NCBI GenBank assembly: GCA_965226055.1 | Contig: CBDDCA010000005.1 | Location: 192,001-256,000 of the forward strand | Direction: 5' to 3' | Source: Spirochaetia bacterium | GTDB lineage: Bacteria; Spirochaetota; Spirochaetia; WTKD01; G963693115 | DNA length: 64,000 nucleotides | In this document: positions 60,641 through 64,000 of the stretch, piece after piece | Layout: every line of letters begins with the position of its first letter | Numbering within the stretch: position 1 is the stretch's first letter | Translations under genes and position numbers: made by a program | Notes under the pieces: model-generated | The model's database searches: none | What the model saw: the letters and a program-made list of their open reading frames with translations, nothing else | Told to the model about the DNA's origin: nothing

Positions 60641-61510
60641 ATGCAAAAATTATTAAAGCGGGAATGGACCTTGTCCCTTCCTGCTATTGTAGTAGTTGCT
60701 TTCGTTACTCAAGGTCTTTTTTTAGGCACAATTATTTTAAGTACGCTAAAGTGGAATATCATACGTCCTGATCTTGGTATTTCGTTTGTAGGTATTGCTA
60801 ACTTTATAAAGCTGTTTACTTCTTTCGAGTCATATAAAATAATCTTTACTACTGTACTCATAGCCTTTGTATCACTTTTTTTATCATTTTCTTTTGGGTT
60901 TGGTATTGCATTGTTGCTTCACAAAGATTTTTTTGGAGTACAGTTGCTTCGCGGACTTATACTGATACCTTTTTTTACCACCGATGTTGTATGTGGAATA
61001 ATATTTAAGACATTGATACTTCATCCTTCTTTTGGTATTGCAGGACACATAGCAACACTGTTTAATAGTACTCCCATAGATTTCTTTGGCAACTATGCAT
61101 TGCTCACTGTTATATTTCTTATAGTATGGCAATGGACTCCTTTTTTCATATTGATATTACTCGCAGGACTACAAAGTATGGATACACAACAACTAGAAAG
61201 TGCTCATATTGATGGAGCAAACAAAATAATGAGATTGTTCTTTATTATCATACCAAATATTCTGCATCATATTCAGGTAGCAATATTACTCGGCTTAATA
61301 TTTATCCTAAAAGTATTTGGGCTTATCTATGTAACTACTTCTGGTGGACCAGGTATTGCAACTACCACTCTTCCCTATATTGTGTACAAAACAAACCATT
61401 TTAAGCTCGAAGTAGGAGAAGCAGCTTCACTGTCAGTGCTTACTGTAATACTCACAATAATCATATTATCGTTACTATTTAAGTATTTTCAAAGGAAATT
61501 GGAATCGTAG
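60641..61510 (+). CDS. carbohydrate ABC transporter permease
   Basis: FVG..NF, WQWTPF..LILLAGLQS, ESAHIDGA and TSGGPG motifs. Confidence 0.92.
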   Translation: MQKLLKREWTLSLPAIVVVAFVTQGLFLGTIILSTLKWNIIRPDLGISFVGIANFIKLFTSFESYKIIFTTVLIAFVSLFLSFSFGFGIALLLHKDFFGVQLLRGLILIPFFTTDVVCGIIFKTLILHPSFGIAGHIATLFNSTPIDFFGNYALLTVIFLIVWQWTPFFILILLAGLQSMDTQQLESAHIDGANKIMRLFFIIIPNILHHIQVAILLGLIFILKVFGLIYVTTSGGPGIATTTLPYIVYKTNHFKLEVGEAASLSVLTVILTIIILSLLFKYFQRKLES

Positions 61511-61513
61511 TAT

Positions 61514-62341
61514 ATGAACATTACCATTAAAAAATTATTTTCAAAATACCTCAGTATATTCTGCATAACAGGTATAGTAATACTATGGATTTTCCCTGTT
61601 ATATATATTTACCTCACGAGCTTTAAGACAGAAGAAACAGTAGTTCCTCCTAATATCTTTATTACAAATTTTACATTGGAAAATTATAAAGATGTACTCA
61701 CTCCAGAAATATTACCATTTATAAAAAATTCTTTTATGGTGGCATTGGGGTCAGTACTTTTCTCTCTGCTGTTAGGTGTCCCTGTAGCATATAGACTTGT
61801 ATTTGGCACTATGAAAAATCCTCATTCTTTGTATTTCTGGTTTCTTAGTACTTTTATATTACCTCCAGTTGCAGTGCTCATTCCTGCTTTACTTATATTG
61901 AAAACATTTGGATTATTGGACTCCATCCCAGGACTGATTATTATCTATACAGGAACGCATGTTCCAATTATTATATGGCTTACAACAGCATTTTTTAAGG
62001 ATGTACCAAAAGCATTAATTGAAGCAGCATACATAGACGGCTCAAACATTTTTTATTCTTTTTTCAAAATAATACTTCCTCTGTCTAAAATGGGTATTAT
62101 TTCTGCAGGATTATTAGTATTCGTATTTGTATGGAATGAGTTTTTCTTCGCTATAAATCTTACTGTTTCAAAAGCAAATACCCTACCCGTTTATATGTCC
62201 ACTTTCTTAACCCAAGAAGGGTTATTCTGGGCAAAGCTGTCGGCTATTGCTTCAGTAGTTATTCTTCCTACTATCATATTAGGAATGTTTTCACAAAAAG
62301 CATTAGTAAAAGGACTTACTTCTGGTGCAGTAAAAGGATAA
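61514..62341 (+). CDS. carbohydrate ABC transporter permease
   Basis: TSFK, FTLENY, LPPV, FF.DVP..L.EAA.IDG, WNEFF and LVKGLTSGAVKG motifs. Confidence 0.92.
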   Translation: MNITIKKLFSKYLSIFCITGIVILWIFPVIYIYLTSFKTEETVVPPNIFITNFTLENYKDVLTPEILPFIKNSFMVALGSVLFSLLLGVPVAYRLVFGTMKNPHSLYFWFLSTFILPPVAVLIPALLILKTFGLLDSIPGLIIIYTGTHVPIIIWLTTAFFKDVPKALIEAAYIDGSNIFYSFFKIILPLSKMGIISAGLLVFVFVWNEFFFAINLTVSKANTLPVYMSTFLTQEGLFWAKLSAIASVVILPTIILGMFSQKALVKGLTSGAVKG

Positions 62342-62391
62342 ATAATAGAAAGTATATACATATAAATTATACTAAAAAATAAGGAGGTAGT

Positions 62392-63159
62392 ATGGATAGA
62401 GAAAATCATACATTTTCATTAAAAGGAAAAAATGCATATATAACTGGAGCTGCACAAGGTATAGGGGCAGTGATTGCCCACGCTTTTGCTGCAGCAGGAG
62501 CTAATGTCGCTATTGTTGATATACAGAAAAAAGCAGAAGAGACAGCACATGAAATTAGAAAAAAATATAATGTGCAATCATTTGCTTGTATTACTGACAT
62601 TACTCATCCAGACGATATTGCGGTTCTAAAAAATCAGCTTAGCAAAGAATTTGGTACTATTGATATTGCTTTTAATAATGCTGGTATTGTAGACAATGCT
62701 CCTGCTGAAACTATGTCCTATAGTGCATGGTCAAAAGTTATAACAACAAACCTAAGTGGTATATTCTTAACCAGTCAAATGGCAGGACAGTTAATGATAC
62801 CACAAAAAAAAGGAAGTATTATCAATACTGCTTCTATGTCTGCCCATATTGTAAATATTCCTCAAAAACAATGTGCATACAATGCATCAAAAGCAGGAGT
62901 TATTCAGCTTACAAAATCGCTTGCTGTAGAATGGGCTACTCATAACATCAGAGTTAACTCTATAAGTCCTGGTTATATTGTAACAGATCTTACACAAGCA
63001 CTTCCACAAGAATGGATGAGCGCATGGAAACAACAAGCTGTGTCCCGATTAGGAGTTCCAGAAGATCTTTCGGGAATAGTACTGTACCTTGCAAGTGATG
63101 CAGCCTCTTTTACTACTGGTTCTGATTTTATTATAGACGGTGGCTTTACTTGTGTATAA
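62392..63159 (+). CDS. short-chain dehydrogenase/reductase (polyol/sugar dehydrogenase-like)
   Basis: TGAAQGIG, NNAG, ASMS, YNASK, NSISPG and DGG motifs. Confidence 0.92.
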   Translation: MDRENHTFSLKGKNAYITGAAQGIGAVIAHAFAAAGANVAIVDIQKKAEETAHEIRKKYNVQSFACITDITHPDDIAVLKNQLSKEFGTIDIAFNNAGIVDNAPAETMSYSAWSKVITTNLSGIFLTSQMAGQLMIPQKKGSIINTASMSAHIVNIPQKQCAYNASKAGVIQLTKSLAVEWATHNIRVNSISPGYIVTDLTQALPQEWMSAWKQQAVSRLGVPEDLSGIVLYLASDAASFTTGSDFIIDGGFTCV

Positions 63160-63205
63160 ATAACATACGAGAGTATGTATACATATCAAAAAAAGGAGTG
63201 TAATA

Positions 63206-64000
63206 ATGAAACAAGCAATAACAACAGCAGTAGAAACTGCAGAATTAAGAGAACATGATGTTCCTGTCATTTCTGAACGAGAAGTTCTTATAAAAATGAA
63301 ATATGTAGGTATTTGTGGATCAGATATACATATTTTTCATGGAAAGCATCCATTTGTGCCACCTACTCTCTTTCCTTTAGTGCAGGGACATGAGGGTACT
63401 GCTACTGTTGTAGAGGTAGGTGCTAAGGTAAGCAATTTCTCAGTGGGAGATTCTGTCGTTATCATGCCACAGCTAACATGTGGTAACTGTGAACAGTGCA
63501 AACAAGGGCGCTATAACATATGCAAAAAATTAAAAGTAATAGGATGCCAATGCGATGGATTACTCAGTGAATATTATAAGATAGCTCCTGAACATATACT
63601 TACCGTTGATGCTGCTATTAGTGACACACAGGCGGCTATGGTAGAACCGCTTGCAGTAGCAGTGCGTGCAGTACGAAGAGCAAAAGATGTTATAGGAAAA
63701 AAAGTATTAGTGTTAGGTGCAGGAACAATAGGCAACCTTGTTGCTCAAGTAGCAAAAGCCTATGGGGCACATCAAGTAATGATAAGCGATCTGTATAAAC
63801 CACGACTAGATATTGCAGTACGTGATTGTACTGTAGATTTCGCAGTACAAGCAACAGAACATTCTTTACAAGATGCACTCCATACTCATTTCGGCTCTGA
63901 TGGAGCTGATATTATTTTTGAGTGTGTTGGTATTGAAGATACTATAGAAACTGCACTCCTTCATTGTGAGAAAGGAAAAGAAGTAATAGTCGTAGGAGTA
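63206..64000 (+). CDS. zinc-dependent alcohol/polyol dehydrogenase (MDR family), truncated by window end
   Basis: Not in the ORF track. AAGGAG RBS, ATG 63206; MKQAIT...GICGSD..GHE...CGNCEQC..G.YNIC...EPLAV...GAGTIG. Confidence 0.92.
   Translation, partial: MKQAITTAVETAELREHDVPVISEREVLIKMKYVGICGSDIHIFHGKHPFVPPTLFPLVQGHEGTATVVEVGAKVSNFSVGDSVVIMPQLTCGNCEQCKQGRYNICKKLKVIGCQCDGLLSEYYKIAPEHILTVDAAISDTQAAMVEPLAVAVRAVRRAKDVIGKKVLVLGAGTIGNLVAQVAKAYGAHQVMISDLYKPRLDIAVRDCTVDFAVQATEHSLQDALHTHFGSDGADIIFECVGIEDTIETALLHCEKGKEVIVVGV

Overview
AT-rich bacterial chromosomal segment, probably from a host-associated spirochete. This is inferred from a SpiroCoCo-like coiled-coil protein, spirochete-type lipoprotein signals and gene content. 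Housekeeping and transport genes include the proC 3' end, serS, a neuB-like gene, pncA, hisC, an RND-MFP-TolC efflux set, DASS, a MalY/PatB lyase, EamA, amino-acid and polyol ABC systems, a heterodimeric ABC exporter, glnS and nagAB. They are interleaved with six large surface lipoprotein genes built from shared Fn3/Ig-like and DUF285 (BspA/PARCEL-type, 25-aa) repeat modules. The main signal is a three-copy family of ~1.6-kaa lipoproteins (L1 2861-7689, L2 49151-53950, L3 54248-58945). They have a near-constant mosaic stalk, a hypervariable C-terminal repeat head with a two-Cys cap, and the same 16-5-16 palindrome 19-21 bp after each stop codon, whose core is inverted in L1. Each copy also carries a homopolymer that could act as a switch: a G15 frameshift in the L1 signal peptide and T16/T18 upstream of L2/L3. 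Together these suggest a phase- and antigenically-variable adhesin/receptor system; the mechanism is inferred, not shown. No recombinase, reverse transcriptase, transposase, CRISPR, rRNA or tRNA gene was seen in the window.
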